This document shows, one piece after another, positions 20,446-33,555 of a stretch of 64,000 bases of DNA. Each line of letters starts with the position of its first letter. Position 1 is the first letter of the stretch. Position numbers and translations under genes: made by a program. The stretch is from Tubulanus polymorphus (Eukaryota; Animalia; Nemertea), in assembly GCF_964204645.1 (NCBI RefSeq), contig NC_134027.1, forward strand, positions 15,098,485 to 15,162,484. Reading direction: 5' to 3'. The notes beneath the pieces were generated by a model. That model had not been told where the DNA came from. It worked only from the letters and a program-made list of their open reading frames with translations, and ran no database searches.

Positions 20446-23400
20446 TACCGATATTCGATGGTAATTTACTCAATTGGCAAACATTCATAGATTTGTTTAA
20501 TACCTCCGTCCATAATCAGCATATCTATCAGATGTTGAGAAATTCACGCATTTAAAATGTTATTTGTCGGGAGAGGCTAAGTCAGCTATCGAAGGGTTAT
20601 CTCTAACCACAGCAAACTACGGTATCGCTAGACAACTCATAGAGGAGCGTTTTGGGCAGTCTTATAAGATTGCAGACGCGCATTTGCAAGTTCTAGCGAA
20701 TTTGGAAAATCCAACTCCTGAGTTGAAATCGCTTCGTAAATTTCACGATAAGATCGAAATAAATATTAGAGCTCTGAGTTCTTTAGGCCGTCAGCCTGAA
20801 ACTTATGGCGCCTTACTCGTACCGGTCATCATTTCGAAATTACCACAGATCGTCAAACTGAATATTTCGCGCAACTATGGCAATTGTGAGTGGGTTTTGG
20901 ATGAATTGCGTGCCTCTATACTTAGTGAAATTCATATTTTAGAATCTTGTGGAAGTTCGTTTTCTTCGCCAGCGCATGTCAGTACCGGTAACGAGTTCGT
21001 GAAAACAACCGAAGATTTTGTTACGCTTCACACTCGACAGTTCGCGTCCGGTGGTCATTCGCGCCCTGCAAGAAAGTGCTTGTTTTGCCAATCCGATAGG
21101 CATAACGCAACGGAGTGTGATATTATCACATCCAGAGATCCTCGTCTTAGCATTATCGGAAACTTGCGTTTGTGTTTCAATTGCCTTGGGAAACACAAGG
21201 CAAGCGACTGCACTTCGAAGTCGCGGTGTAGAGCCTGCAAAAAGAAGCACCATTCTAGTCTTTGTGGTGCGACCTTCACACGTCGAAAAGTCAACGTTGT
21301 AGTCAACACCGGTCAACATAATGCGGGAATTGCGCTCAATTCGGCACGTTCGAGTTCCGTCAGCGACGCCGTCGTCGCTGAATCGACCGATAATTCAACC
21401 GAGAATTCATATTCTAAAACAAATGAGATCAGCACTCGCGCGCTTGCTGTCAAAAGCCTCTATTCGAGAGTCACAACAGAACACACTACAGTTCTTTTGA
21501 AAACTGCTATGGCTTCTATAGATCATAACAGCAATAGATTTTCACTATTTTTATTGTTAGACGATGGTTCACAGCGTACTTTTGTAACGCAAAGTTTGAT
21601 TGACGAATTAGGTATTAAACCTCATAGAAACGAGACCATAAACTTAGCCTGTTTGGGGCCACAACTCCTAGCAGTCGCGAGTTAGACTGTGTTTCTTTAG
21701 ATATTAATTGTAATAACGGTCAACTTTCTATTGAGGCATTGGTAGTTCCAACCATTACGCAACCGTTATCTATTCCATGCAGGGCTATAGCCAATATTCC
21801 TGAATTCAAAACGTTACAACTAGCTCGTCCGTTGTATGAAGATAACGTTCAGATTGTTAGTGTATCTCTCTTAATTGGATCAGACTACTATTACAATTTT
21901 GTTAATTCCGATCTACCAACGATCAAGTCTAAAAGTGGTCCTATAGCAGTACCTACGTCATTAGGTTACATAATTACAGATCCCATGTATCAGAGAAATT
22001 GTATCAGTAATCAAACAACACCAATCTTGCATGTTCTTGCTGAAGCTGATACCTTGGACTTAAAAACTATTGGTCGTTAGAAAACATTGGTGTTGAGTCT
22101 CCTATCGCTGATTCAAAATCATCTTTTTGGAAGAATATTTTGCGAATTCCATTTCCAAGATAGTATAGGGATTTATTATGCCAGACTTCCGTGGAAAGTT
22201 AACCACGGTCCCTTGCCTAGCAATTACGGGATAGCAATGTGTAGAACTAGAAGTTTAGTGTGTAGACTAGGGCACACACCAAATTTACTAGAGAAATATC
22301 ACGGAATTATAAAATACCAATTGGAAAGGGAATTCATAGAAAAAGTACCCGAACCATACATGATCAGTGGAAAAGAGCATTATATTCCACATCACGCCGT
22401 CTTTAGACAGTCGGCTACGACCCCAATTCGTATCGTATTTGACTGTAGCTGCCGGCAGTCTAAAGATTCGCTTAGTTTGAACGATTGTCTGGAGTCGGGT
22501 CCAGCACTGTTGAACGATATAAGTTCTATTATCATGAGATTCCGCCTGTTCAAATACGGGGTTATAACCGATATAGAAAATGCGTTTTTACATGTCGGTC
22601 TACATCCTGATGATCGCGATGTAACCCGGTTCTTTTGGTTAATTGACCCCACGAACCAAGATAGAGCATTCGACGTCTATAGGTTTAAAAGAGTATTATT
22701 TGGTGCATCGTGCTCCCCTTTTATGCTAAACAGCACACTACTTTTTCATTTGACTCGCACTGATGGGTTATTTTTTTATCAGATAGCACGTGATTGTTAC
22801 ATGGATAATGTAGTTACAAGTCTCAACAATGAGCCAGATTTAGCATTATTTTACGAATCGTGCAGATCTCTAAAAGCCGATGCTAATTTTAACTTCAGAA
22901 GTTGGACTTCTAATTCTCAGGTACTTAAACAATTAGCTACGTGCGACGAGATTTGTGACGATTCTAAACTCGTTAAGGTCTTAGGGTTGATATGGAACCC
23001 CGAATCTGATACTCTGAGTTTTCCTGACCGTCGTATTTCGTATGAAACGTCATATCTTGCAAAGGTCAGCTTCAATTTTTGATCCCCTTGGCATTATTTC
23101 ACCGATTAAGGTTCGTTCAAAAATATTGTTGCAAAACTATGGAAAAATAATTTCGAATGGGATGAAAACCTCTCATCTGATCTTTGTAAGGTATGGGAAT
23201 CAATAACCAAAGATCTAAACATAGCATTAGAAATGAAGTTTTCTCGCATGTTTTTACAAGGCGACTGGGCAAATATCTTATTTCAACCGGAGTTGCATGT
23301 TTTTACTGACGCAAGCATCCAAGCTTACGGTGCTTCAGCTTATTTAGTAAGCGGGTCTGAAACTGCTTTCGTAATGGCCAAATCTCGCGTTGCGCCCGTT

Positions 23401-25426
23401 AGAGAACTTACTATACCAAAACTTGGATTGTTAGCGGCGACTATTGGCGCGAGATTAGCGAGCCATATTAAGTCGTCTATCGAAGCGGCAATTCATCGGC
23501 CCGTCAAATTGAATATGTGGTCGGATAGCCAAATCGTTTTGGGTTGGCTTAGGTCCAGTGATAAGAAATCCATTTTTATCAAGAATCGTTGTGAAGAAAT
23601 TAGACATTTAACTGGGATAGAGTCGTGGACGTTTTGTCCGTCGTTGGATAATCCAGCGGATCTTTTGACCAGAGGGATATCTCTTCCAAACTCAAAATTT
23701 GGTGATTTATGGCTTAAGGGTCCTTCTTGGTTACGCGATAGTTCGAAGACACCAGATCAACCCGATATTATTTTGACATCCGCCGATAGTGTGAACTTAG
23801 ATTTCGTACGACACACTAATTACACGGAATCTTTCAATGAAATAGACATAACTACATATTCATCTCTGTCGAATTTACTGAATGTTACCGCTTACGCTCT
23901 GAAATTTGTAAACAATCTAAAATCTAGAAAGGATGACCGTTTGTTAGGTAGTTTAACTCCATCGGAAATTGAGTCCGCTGAATCGTTTTGGATTAGAGAT
24001 GCCCAAAGGAAGTTCTTTTCTGACGTTCTAGCTAATTTGAAAACACCTCATAAGAGAATGCAGATTATAACTCAGTTACAATTATTTCTTGATTCAAAAG
24101 GCATTATTAGGTGTAAAGGGCGAGTCCAGAATTCAGACTTGGACTATGAAAGTAAACGTCCCGTTCTGATTCCTAAGAATTCGAATCTTGCTCGTTTGAT
24201 CGTAAAACAGGCTCATTTCAGTGTACACCATTTTGGTGTTAGTTATACAGTAGCTAAAATCCGCGAAAGATTCTGGATTCCTCAAATACACCTCTACGTA
24301 AAATCATGTATTCGTGGATGTATTGTATGTAAGAGAATCGGTGGTCGGTCTTTTAAACTACCTAGCCCTCCACCATTACCATCGTGTAGAGTGCTAGAAA
24401 GTCCACCTTTCTACGTATGTGGTTTGGATAACTGTGGTCCATTCATTATCAATGATGGTACAAAGTGTTATATTTGTCTTTTTACGTGCACAGTGACCCG
24501 AGCGGTACATTTAGAATTGGTACCCTCTAACTCATCAGACGATTTTCTTCGTGCATTCAGACGATTTTGTGCGAGACGCTCCCTGCCAAGGAGACTTATC
24601 TCTGACAACGGTTCAACCTTTATTGGAGCTAATAATGACTTAAAACGCATTTTCAAATCACTGCACGTGAGCGACTTTATGTCTAGAAAGAGAGTCGATT
24701 GGCAGTTTATCACCAAGAGGGCTCCTTGGCAGGGAGGTTTTTGGGAACGTCTTATTGGTTTGACCAAGTCAGCTCTAAAAAAGATTCTAGGTCTTACTTC
24801 GGTTTCATTTCTTGAGTTTTCTACGATAATTACAGAAGTAGAGTGTATGTTAAACGACAGACCATTAACGTATGTTTCGTCAAATTTTACTGACGGCGAG
24901 GCTTTGACTCCATCACATTTGTGGTGCGGGAGGCGTCTGTCGTCGCTACCCCTCCTTTAGACGACAGTAAAGACCCAGAATACTTACCGAGTATTGATCC
25001 TTTGAAACGAGTATGTTTCAAAGTTGTTAGAGCATTTTTGGTCAAGGTGGAAAAAAGAATACTTGACAAACTTGAGAAACACACAATTATATTGGACATG
25101 ATAATCAAAGCGAATTTCTGAAGCCTGGTTCAATTGTGATTATTCAAGATGAAGGTCCGAGATTAAACTGGAAGTTAGGATTGATAATTGATAATGTATA
25201 TGGGAGCGACGGTCTGATAAGGTCATGTAATCTGAAAACACAATACGGTGTAACGAATAGACCTGTAAACAAATTATGTCCATTAGAAATAGTCGCTTCA
25301 ACTACTCCTGCTGTAGAAGATCATTCTAATGACGGACCCTCGGATGTAACTAATAAAACTAAGCGAAATGCCGCGATAGAGGCAAGACGCAAAATAGAAA
25401 ATTTATGTAAAACAGTGTTGTATTAA
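20446..25426 (+). pseudogene. pol: BEL gag-pol (gag zinc knuckles, aspartic protease, RT, RNase H, integrase) with several frameshifts and stops
   Basis: CLFC..H...C, CFNCLGKH...C, CRACKKKHHSSLC; LLDDGSQRTF; YIPHHAV, RIVFDCS, DIENAF, YMDN; LHVFTDAS; GLDNCGP, SDNGSTF, APWQGGFWERL. Confidence 0.93.
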
Positions 25427-25468
25427 TTTATGCCTATGGATATGAATTTGTTTATTTGGTGGCGGGAG

Positions 25469-25682
25469 TGTCACGACGTACCTACGTGAATTGTATTGAT
25501 CGTTCGCCTATTGGTTCATTTGAATTTGGCGCTATTCTTTGTACTGAAATCCTATATATATGTGTTAAGTCCTGTAATAAAGGTTCGCTTCATATTGGAA
25601 AACCAGTCGAGTTTATCTCTGCTTTCGAGTCGTTTTGGGTCGTCAATGTCGACATTTTAGGATTCTGTCTTTCGTCTGGACA
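25469..25682 (+). repeat. BEL 3' LTR (214 bp)
   Basis: TGTCA...GGACA termini, preceded by a PPT, contains AATAAA. Confidence 0.88.
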
Positions 25683-26879
25683 CCGATATGAAGCGTCGCC
25701 TTCATTCCGCACATCTCGGATACCAAAGTATGTTGCGTCGTGCACGAAACACGGTATTTTGGCCCGGAATAGCGCACGACATAAAGCAGCTCAGCGACAG
25801 TTGTGAGTTATGCCAAGAGATGCGTCCGCGTAATCATAAAGAATCTCTGAAACAACATGCGGATGGTCAACCGTGGGACAAAGTAGGCGTAGACTTATTT
25901 GAGGTGAAAGGGAGAAACTTTTTAGTCTCGATCGACTACCACTCAAATTTCATTGAGGTAGATCGCATGTCGTCAACGACAAGTTCAGCGGTCATTGAGA
26001 AATTAAAGAAGCATTTCGCCAGATTCGGTATTCCGAAGTGTATTGTGTCCGATCCAGGTCCGCAATTTATTGCGTCGGAATTTGCGAAATTTGCGCGACA
26101 GTGGGGATTCATTCACGTTGTCCTCACCCGGTCATCACTCAGCCAACGGAAAAGCCGAGGCTGCTGTGAAAGTGATGAAACACATGATGCTGGAAGCGCT
26201 CAGAGATGGTACTGACCAATCTCTCGCTCTCTTGGAGCAGCGGAACACTCCAAGGCAGAACAACGATCTTAGTCCTGCGCAGATGTTATTCAGTCGTGGT
26301 ACTCGTTCGTTGCTTCCATCTTTGTGGCGAAACGCCAATGGAACCTGGGATTCGCGCGCAGCAGAGAAGCGAGTCAAACGTAAAGCAACCGTAAAACGTC
26401 ACCATGACAAAAGCGCGTGCGATCTCCGCCCTCTCGGAGTGGGTCAAATAGTGTATTTCGAGCATAATGAAGGAAAAAGATGGGTTTTAGGTGAAATCCC
26501 TGATTCGAATGGTGACCGTACTTACACTGTGCGTGGTGTAAACGGTGGCGTATATCGCAGAAACCGTGTGCATATCCGCCCAACCTGTGTCAAACCGCGT
26601 CCGCTAGTCGGTGATCCTAGCGAAACCGTATTATTCGAACGTTCGATAGTTCAGAAACACGCGGAATTGAAAGCAAGTGACACTAGCCGTGGTGCTCACT
26701 CCTCCGTATCTGAGTCTGAAATTCAGAATCGCGAAACGACTGTATCACCCGCTGATCGCGAAAATGACAACCCTGTGGCTGGCGAGAGTCCTGACGATAC
26801 TCTGGAAACCGTATCTGCCCGGCCGCAGCGTATCCGCAGACAACCCCAGCACTTGAAGGGCTATGAAATCGACACATAA
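25683..26879 (+). pseudogene. pol: Gypsy integrase (frameshift near 26120)
   Basis: HHCC zinc finger, VGVDLFE, VSDPGPQF, SSPGHHSANGKAEAAVK, RNTP...SPAQML, YRRNRVHIR. Confidence 0.88.
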
Positions 26880-27107
26880 TTTGAGTTAAGATTGCTGATT
26901 ATTTTAATTAGTATGCATCAAGTCGATACGTTGCCAGTTGCTGTTAGCAATCACCTATGCATGTTTAATTTAGTTATATTAGTATTTTGTTTTAGATATT
27001 GTGTTATGATAAGAAGACAATCATAAGTTTGATTAATTTGCATTTAGAATTTTAGAGATTTGTAGTTTGATAGTTTGCATGGGTCATAATATCTTAGGAA
27101 AGGTTGA

Positions 27108-27296
27108 TGTTGATGAAGTTAGTTCATATTCATATTGCTAGTTTGCCGTAACCCAATCCGTGTATTACTGAAAGCCGGATTCTGTATATGTGTACTGTAT
27201 GCTACGTGGTAGTGATAGTCAAGCAGAAATAAACATAATATGTTCTGTTAAATATATCGTGTTTTGTCCTGTTTGCCGGACCTCGGAAAGTCAACA
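27108..27296 (+). repeat. 3' LTR of Gypsy A
   Basis: Purine-rich tract AGGAAAGG just upstream; inverted termini TGTTGA...TCAACA; internal AATAAA. Confidence 0.7.
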
Positions 27297-27299
27297 ATG

Positions 27300-28020
27300 G
27301 TGTCACCATGATGGTCAGAAACTGACCAATTGAGATATCCCCGAGTCTGAACACTTGACTTCGAATTTCTGAAATTTTTCAAGTCATGTTTCTTTTCAAA
27401 CTACTGAGGAATCATTGCAAATTCATAAACTGACCATCACTGACCACCACTGACCAATTCAAACTTCTCGAATATGAAAACGATATACCGCATTAAGGTG
27501 TCAAACTAGAAAGGATTCGCCATAGATATTGAGAATTCATAAATTGACCATCACTGACCACCACTGACCAATTCATGCTTCTCGAATATGTGAAAGATAT
27601 ACCGCTTAACGGTGTCAAACTAGAAAGATTCGCAATTGAAAATTCATGAATTGACCATCACTGACCACCAGTGACCAATTCAAACTTCTCGAATATAAGA
27701 ATGATATACCATTACCGCATTTGGTGTGAAACTAGAAAGGATTCGCAATTGAAAATAATAAATTGACCATCACTGACCACCACTGACCAATTTCAACTTC
27801 TCGAATGTAAGAACGATATACCGGTACCGCATTTGGTGTGAAACTAGAAAGGATTCGCCATTGAAAATTTATAAATTGACCATCACTGACCACCACTGAC
27901 CAATTTCAACTTCTCGAATGTAAGAAAGATATACCGGTACCACATTTGGTGTGAAACGAGAAACGATTCGCCATTAAAATCCATAAATTGACCATCACTG
28001 ACCCCCACTGCCCAAGTGAA
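27300..28020. repeat. Tandem array of ~120-bp units (5-6 copies)
   Basis: Recurring AATTGACCATCACTGACCACCACTGACCAATT...CTTCTCGAAT...AAACTAGAAAGGATTCGC. Confidence 0.9.
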
Positions 28021-29761
28021 ACTTCGAATACCGTGGTCGAATTCGAAAGTGCTTGTCGTTGTATTGCTATTTCTAGAGACCAGCAGTACGTTTTGCTACT
28101 GTTTGTGAATGGCGTTGACATGATGAAAATATATTACCCATAAATAGGTTACACATCTGGATCACAGCACCTCACTTGCCGCAGTGCGTTATTTTCACTA
28201 CATAGTAATGCTACATAAACTTTTTTACTACTTGACTCGAAGCTTGACTCGAATTATCTGAACCGTACTGCGTTTGAAACTTTAACGCATGGAAAATGTT
28301 TGCGGGAAGCGCCTACAAATAAGTTATGATGAGATTAAATCTATGGTTAATCGATGCTGAAAAAACAATTAAATCACAAAATGACTAACACCCGTCTTTC
28401 AACCAATCAGCGCGATACCAATCAATTAAATCATTAAACGCATTGGGCTCATAATATTTGATATCATTTGTTACAATAGTTGTTCTTTAGACTTGGCCAC
28501 TTTTGTTTCAGAAAACTGCGAACTAGACCAGTGGTCACCAAGGCTTTAAAAAAGTTTTGAAAATTCGACGGTAACGATTTTTCCGTCAAAAAACTGTTTC
28601 GTTAATATTTTTCGTAAAGTTTTTTTAAAATCTTGTATAGAATTCATTATATGAAAAGTGTTCATAGGAATTGAAATTCGGTGTGATATCAGTCACCTGT
28701 TACCCCTTTTTCATTGTCAGTTCTTTATTCTGTATTCTAAAATACTATCGTTATAAACAAGGTTAAATTCCAAACGCACATGAAATATGGAGCCTGTATC
28801 ACACGATATACACATCTCGCATTTTCTCTAACTAGGCCCTTTCCAAATGGCACATCTCACATCGACTCGGCTCGCGGTCGGTTGTTAATGGGAACACATC
28901 TGGTTGACACTAGTTTCACAGTTGACGATTTCAGAAAACTTTTTTTCAATGTCTTTGATAACATCGTAAACATAGTATTCTTCTTAATTACATTTCGCTG
29001 ATTCCATAGATGTGTTTTTTTAATGAAAAATTGCTCCAGTTATAACGGATTTACATACATGTAAAATCATCATTTTCAAAATATTCAATTTTCTCCAATT
29101 TTGAAGAAATTCTGACACAATATCATCTCCACTCGACACATGATTTTACTTCGGCGCCTTTTAAGGGAGTGTCCCTTAAAGTTGAGTTCATACTTAGTGA
29201 AACAAGGAGATATGCTTGATTCCTTTTTGAAATTTAAATTTCGACAGATATCATCAAATTACTAGAAAGGGACAGCAGCTTTCGGTCATCCGCGAAAAAA
29301 CCTAAAATGCAGTCCTTGGGCTATGGAAAAACAGGACACGAAACATACAGAAAAATCCTTTGTTTGGTAGACTGAAATGATTGAACTCTTAAATAGGAAC
29401 ATTCAGAGAAACAAAAACATAAGAAGATTTTCTCGTCCACCCGTTAAAAAAAACATAACGTAATGATATGAGGCCACGTGTCATCTTTAATTGAAATCAC
29501 AATGATATGAACGCAACAGAGCCTATATATTCATTTTCTTACGAAGATGGGTCTCCACATTCATAGGATAGGAGAATTGTGAGTAATCTAGTCAACAGGT
29601 GTGTTTTTAGAAGTCTTTTGAATTTAAATTCAAATCGGGGTTCATGACGAATATTGAGCAATCTAGGGCTGGAGCAAGAAACGTGTGTGATCTTCCGCCA
29701 ATGGTATCGCCAAGGAGATAATAAGGAGCCAGTCCGTGGTGGCTATTGAAAGCGACGACAT

Positions 29762-32700
29762 GTTTGTAAATGTCTAATTCTTTTACCATTACTAACTAAT
29801 TCAATATCATTACTATTTCTAATGTTTTCACAAGTCTTACCATAGAATGCATTATTCATTTGTTTGAAAAAATCTTTCTCGAAATCAGTTTTAGCTTTAG
29901 TTCTCTGTTTGGTGTTAAAATCTATATATTTTTCTAACCATTTAGATTGACTAAATGAAATATATCTATGTACTTTTTTGCAATCATTCCTTGATTCAAA
30001 TAGAATTTTAGAATTCTATAATGTACTACATAATTCTATTTATCTTCCCGAGTTACCATTAACTTTTCTGTATGAATATGATTTGTAGGTTTATTTCGTT
30101 TTTGATAATTTGATAATTCTTCGTGTGTTACAGTTTTATGTTCGGGACAGTATGCTAGATTTCTAGATCTAAATTTAATATGTTCAGGATATTCCAAGTC
30201 TACAACGAAGAAGTAACCAGAATCTGAATCATCTGCAATATCTAGAATTCTTTTCTTCCAATCAAATTTATCATTATTTTCATACTGTAAAACTTCAGTT
30301 ATTTCAAATACTCCATAAGGTTGTGATTCCAGCATTGCCCAGCATATAGATTATTTGCATCTATATATAATAACTTATATCCAGGATTATCATTTACATT
30401 GAAATATCTATCACCTAATACACCTGAAACTCCTCCTCTTATAGATTTTTCAAATAATAGTAATTGATCTATATTTGTTAATAAATCCATTTTCATATAT
30501 GTAAATTTTAAACCACAATCCCAAGTTAAACCTGGACTAGAATAACAATGACATGGATCAATGTTGAAATATTTTAGATTTACATCTCTAAACCTTTCGA
30601 ATATATCAGTTAATAACAATACATCTGATCTTAAATATAAATCTACTAATTGTCCATGATTTTTTATTTGGAAATGATTCCAAATATTCAATGTGCTATT
30701 ATAGACTTCATCTTTAACATATTCATTTTTTTAATTCATCATAGAATTGTTCTTTTGTAAGTTCAGTTATATTGAAATCATTATGCGATTTATAAAATCT
30801 ATACGGTATTGCTCCTTCATATCTCATTAATTGAAAATCATCATTATTTGGATAATGTTGTTTTAATATTTTTAATTCATCATCAATTGATGATTTTGAT
30901 AAATTATCTAATGAACTACTTAAAAATCTATATGAATCTATGAATCTTAGAAACCCAAATTGGAAAGAAATATAATTCTCAGATGTTTTAGCTAACATTT
31001 TGAATTTATAAGTTGGTATTTTATCTTTTGATCTAATTGAATTTAATCTTTCTATTTCATTATTAATTTCTTCTATTCTATGACATAGCTGTTTGATAAA
31101 TAAATGAACATCATACCCTGATAAATTATGAAATATAACTGGAACAAAATTGATTTTCTTAGCATGTAAGTTACAATTCTCATGCGCTGGACCTCTAAAC
31201 TTTCCATTCAAATGATCATGATCTCTAACCTTGTTATCTTTAGAATTAAATATCTTTCCACAATAATAACATTTATCCGCAAAATCGAATTCTTCTTTAT
31301 CTTCTTCTGTCATAATTATTTCTATATTTGTATCTAATAGTTTACTAAATTTCATTTCATATTCAATTAATAAGTCACAAAAATGATTAATAACATTTTC
31401 ATTTCTATAATTATAATATTCACTTTTAATTAGTTCTGGATAATCAGATTTGATATATGATCCAAAGGCTGCAGCTGATTGATGAATCTTTTTAATAGTA
31501 TTTGTTTTTGGTGGTTCTTATATGAAAAATCATTTTCATTAGCATTTAATTTCTTTCTCTTATAATATATTTCTTTTCTATCTTGATCAGTTAGTTCTAT
31601 ATTTAGTGATTCAAAATCTCCATATATTACAAATGGTACTTTATTCTTGTATTTTTGAATTCTAATACTTTATCCTTATCTGTTGAAAGAACTAATTTAC
31701 AATAATCATGATTATCACATAATTGTTTATGATTTAATAATGCACTTTCAATTCTGAACTTATACATTTTCTTCATAGATATATTTTATTATCAAAATCA
31801 TTTCTGATTTGAAATATTGTTACCTTTTGTATTTGGTAATTTGATTAAATCAAATAAATTTATTTTTAGATTATTATCTCTTTCTATTTTTGGAGGATCT
31901 TTAATGCTTACTGGATAATTATCTATCTTATAATTATTTTCAAATGGTATGTAATTTGTTAATCTATAAGTATGTTGATTATAATCTTCAACTGGGTTTT
32001 AACAACTTATAATTGTCCATAGAAAACATTTATCATCAAAATTTTGTACATTTATAACAGCATTGTTTTAAATGGTAATTTGATATAACTTGATCCATTT
32101 ATATTATCATCTTTAAAATATGATAAAGCATTTTCATCAATTGGTTTTGATTTAGTTAATTTATTATATTTTGTGGTATACACATGTTAAGTCATAAATA
32201 TTATTTTATCGAATATCAAACCCGATCCTTCAAAATATTTCTCTTCTATATTTCTTTCTATTTCATTATAACATTTATTTAATTTATCATCTATATGTTG
32301 TTTCGAAATAATATGTTGTGAATGGGAATTTATATTATATATTGCTTTATCTTCAGATTTTATAAATTTAACTTTAACTGATATCCTAATTTTAGGGTAT
32401 TCTACGTCTGTAATTATTTTTATAATATTTTTCATATTTTCTAAATTTTTTTATTTTCTTCTAACGTTTTACCTTTATGAAATTTAATCTCGATAGCAGC
32501 TGGTCCAATATCACTTTTAAATGCTTCAGTTATCTCTATTTCTTTTTTATCATCTAATGAATTAATATAATTTCTAACATCTTCCATGTATGGTCTTTTA
32601 TTGTTTAATTTATTTTTTATTCTTTTAATTGTGCTTTGTTTCTTATCATTATCTTTATCAAAATAATCTTCACCTAAAATATCATTATTCATATTTCTAA

Positions 32701-32947
32701 TATGACTTTTAGATTTTAAATGTTCTTTAAAATATCTTTTGTTACTGAATGATTGATTACATGTAACACATTTATATATTTCTTTTTCATTCTTTAATTC
32801 ATCTAATTTAGTTTCTAATATATTATCATTATATTCTAATTTCAATTTATTCTCTAAGTGAGATTTAGTTTTATCGGGTCTTGCTTTTTGAGATTTATCT
32901 ATATTGATTTTACATGTTGGACAGTAGTACTTCTTATTTGCTTCCAT
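29762..32947 (-). pseudogene. polB: pPolB, heavily frameshifted, truncated shortly after motif B
   Basis: N-terminal C2H2 fingers, VRDHDHLNGKFRGPAH, FHNLSGYD, YIDANNLY, MNNAFYGKTCENIR. Confidence 0.92.
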
Positions 32948-32983
32948 TTTAATATCAATTTTTAAAAAAAAATTGATTTTATA

Positions 32984-33325
32984 CTATTCGGAATCTATAT
33001 CGTGGTGTCCTTTTTCATTCTTACCTTTGTATATGAAATAGAAATCACCAGAACATAATTCTTCTAGATCTTCACTAGACAATGTATGAAATCTATCTGG
33101 TAAATTAGTTATGTTTCTACATTTATTTCCTTTTAATCCTTCATATTCTAAGTGAATAACTAATTTATTACCATACCTATTAGTAACTGTTTCAATATTT
33201 GTAATTAAATATTTATTCTAATTAAATAATTCTGTTAACTTCTTAAATTTATAATCTACTGATTTTACATTTGTAGTATCTTTAATTCTATTTAAGAATT
33301 CAGTGTGTATTTGTTTACTCTCCAT
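32984..33325 (-). pseudogene. Homologue of the 4186-4512 protein, one in-frame stop
   Basis: MESKQIHTEFLNRIK...KKLTELFN*NKYLITNIETVTNRYGNKLVIHL...LPDRFHTLSSEDLEEL...YKGKNEKGHHDIDSE. Confidence 0.78.
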
Positions 33326-33403
33326 TTTAATATCAAATTGTTTATTAAAATTGATTTTAGAAGTTATTCATTTATATGTTATTCATATATATGGAATTAT
33401 TAG

Positions 33404-33555
33404 AGTAATTGGGAATGTGTTTGTTCAGGTTAAAGGTTGAGAGGGCGAGTTCATAAAAAATGAAAAATAAATTCTCGCGTGCGAGAATTTATTTTTCATT
33501 TTTTAAGAACTCGACCTCTCGACCTTTGGCCTGAACCAACACATTCCCAATAACT
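33404..33555. repeat. 152-bp fold-back palindrome forming the Polinton-2 terminus
   Basis: AGTAATTGGGAATGTGTT...CTCGC GT GCGAG...AACACATTCCCAATAACT. Confidence 0.88.

Larger units (their letters stand above)
3593..25682 (+). mobile_element. BEL/Pao LTR retrotransposon, interrupted by the Polinton at 4101-20445
   Basis: Matching LTR sequence at ~3593-3719 and ~25555-25682; PBS-like TGGTCCCTCGAGCCG at 3725; PPT GGTGGCGGGAG before 25469; gag-PR-RT-RH-IN order with BEL-type motifs. Confidence 0.93.
3346..27296 (+). mobile_element. Gypsy LTR retrotransposon A, 3' part only (3346-3592 and 25683-27296), split by the BEL insertion
   Basis: The left piece encodes the RNaseH-to-integrase linker (VIADTLIRA...LKSLILDGWP...PYYDMRD). 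The right piece resumes with the integrase zinc finger (LHSAHLG...FWPG...CELC). Confidence 0.8.
29762..33555 (-). mobile_element. Truncated Polinton of a second family (right end, small conserved gene, decayed pPolB)
   Basis: pPolB fragments homologous to, but diverged from, 15288-20360; ends in a 152-bp palindromic terminus ...CCCAATAACT. Confidence 0.9.

Noticed and set aside
4778-25108. Short antisense ORFs overlapping Polinton and BEL genes (e.g. 8830-9357, 9736-9957, 20939-21319)
   Set aside because: Shadow frames of real genes, with no motifs and no TAAATG start.
27300-28020. Regularly spaced repeats resembling a CRISPR array (also 5575-5850 and the HINE arrays)
   Set aside because: The sequence between the conserved cores is itself repeated rather than unique, there are no cas genes, and the context is eukaryotic.
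28700-29760. Possible decayed coding region (PHD-like Cys pattern on the minus strand)
   Set aside because: Too many stops and no motif I can identify with confidence.
29762-29900. Polinton-2 pPolB as an intein-free allele
   Set aside because: It is truncated about 200 bp before motif C, so intein status cannot be read.
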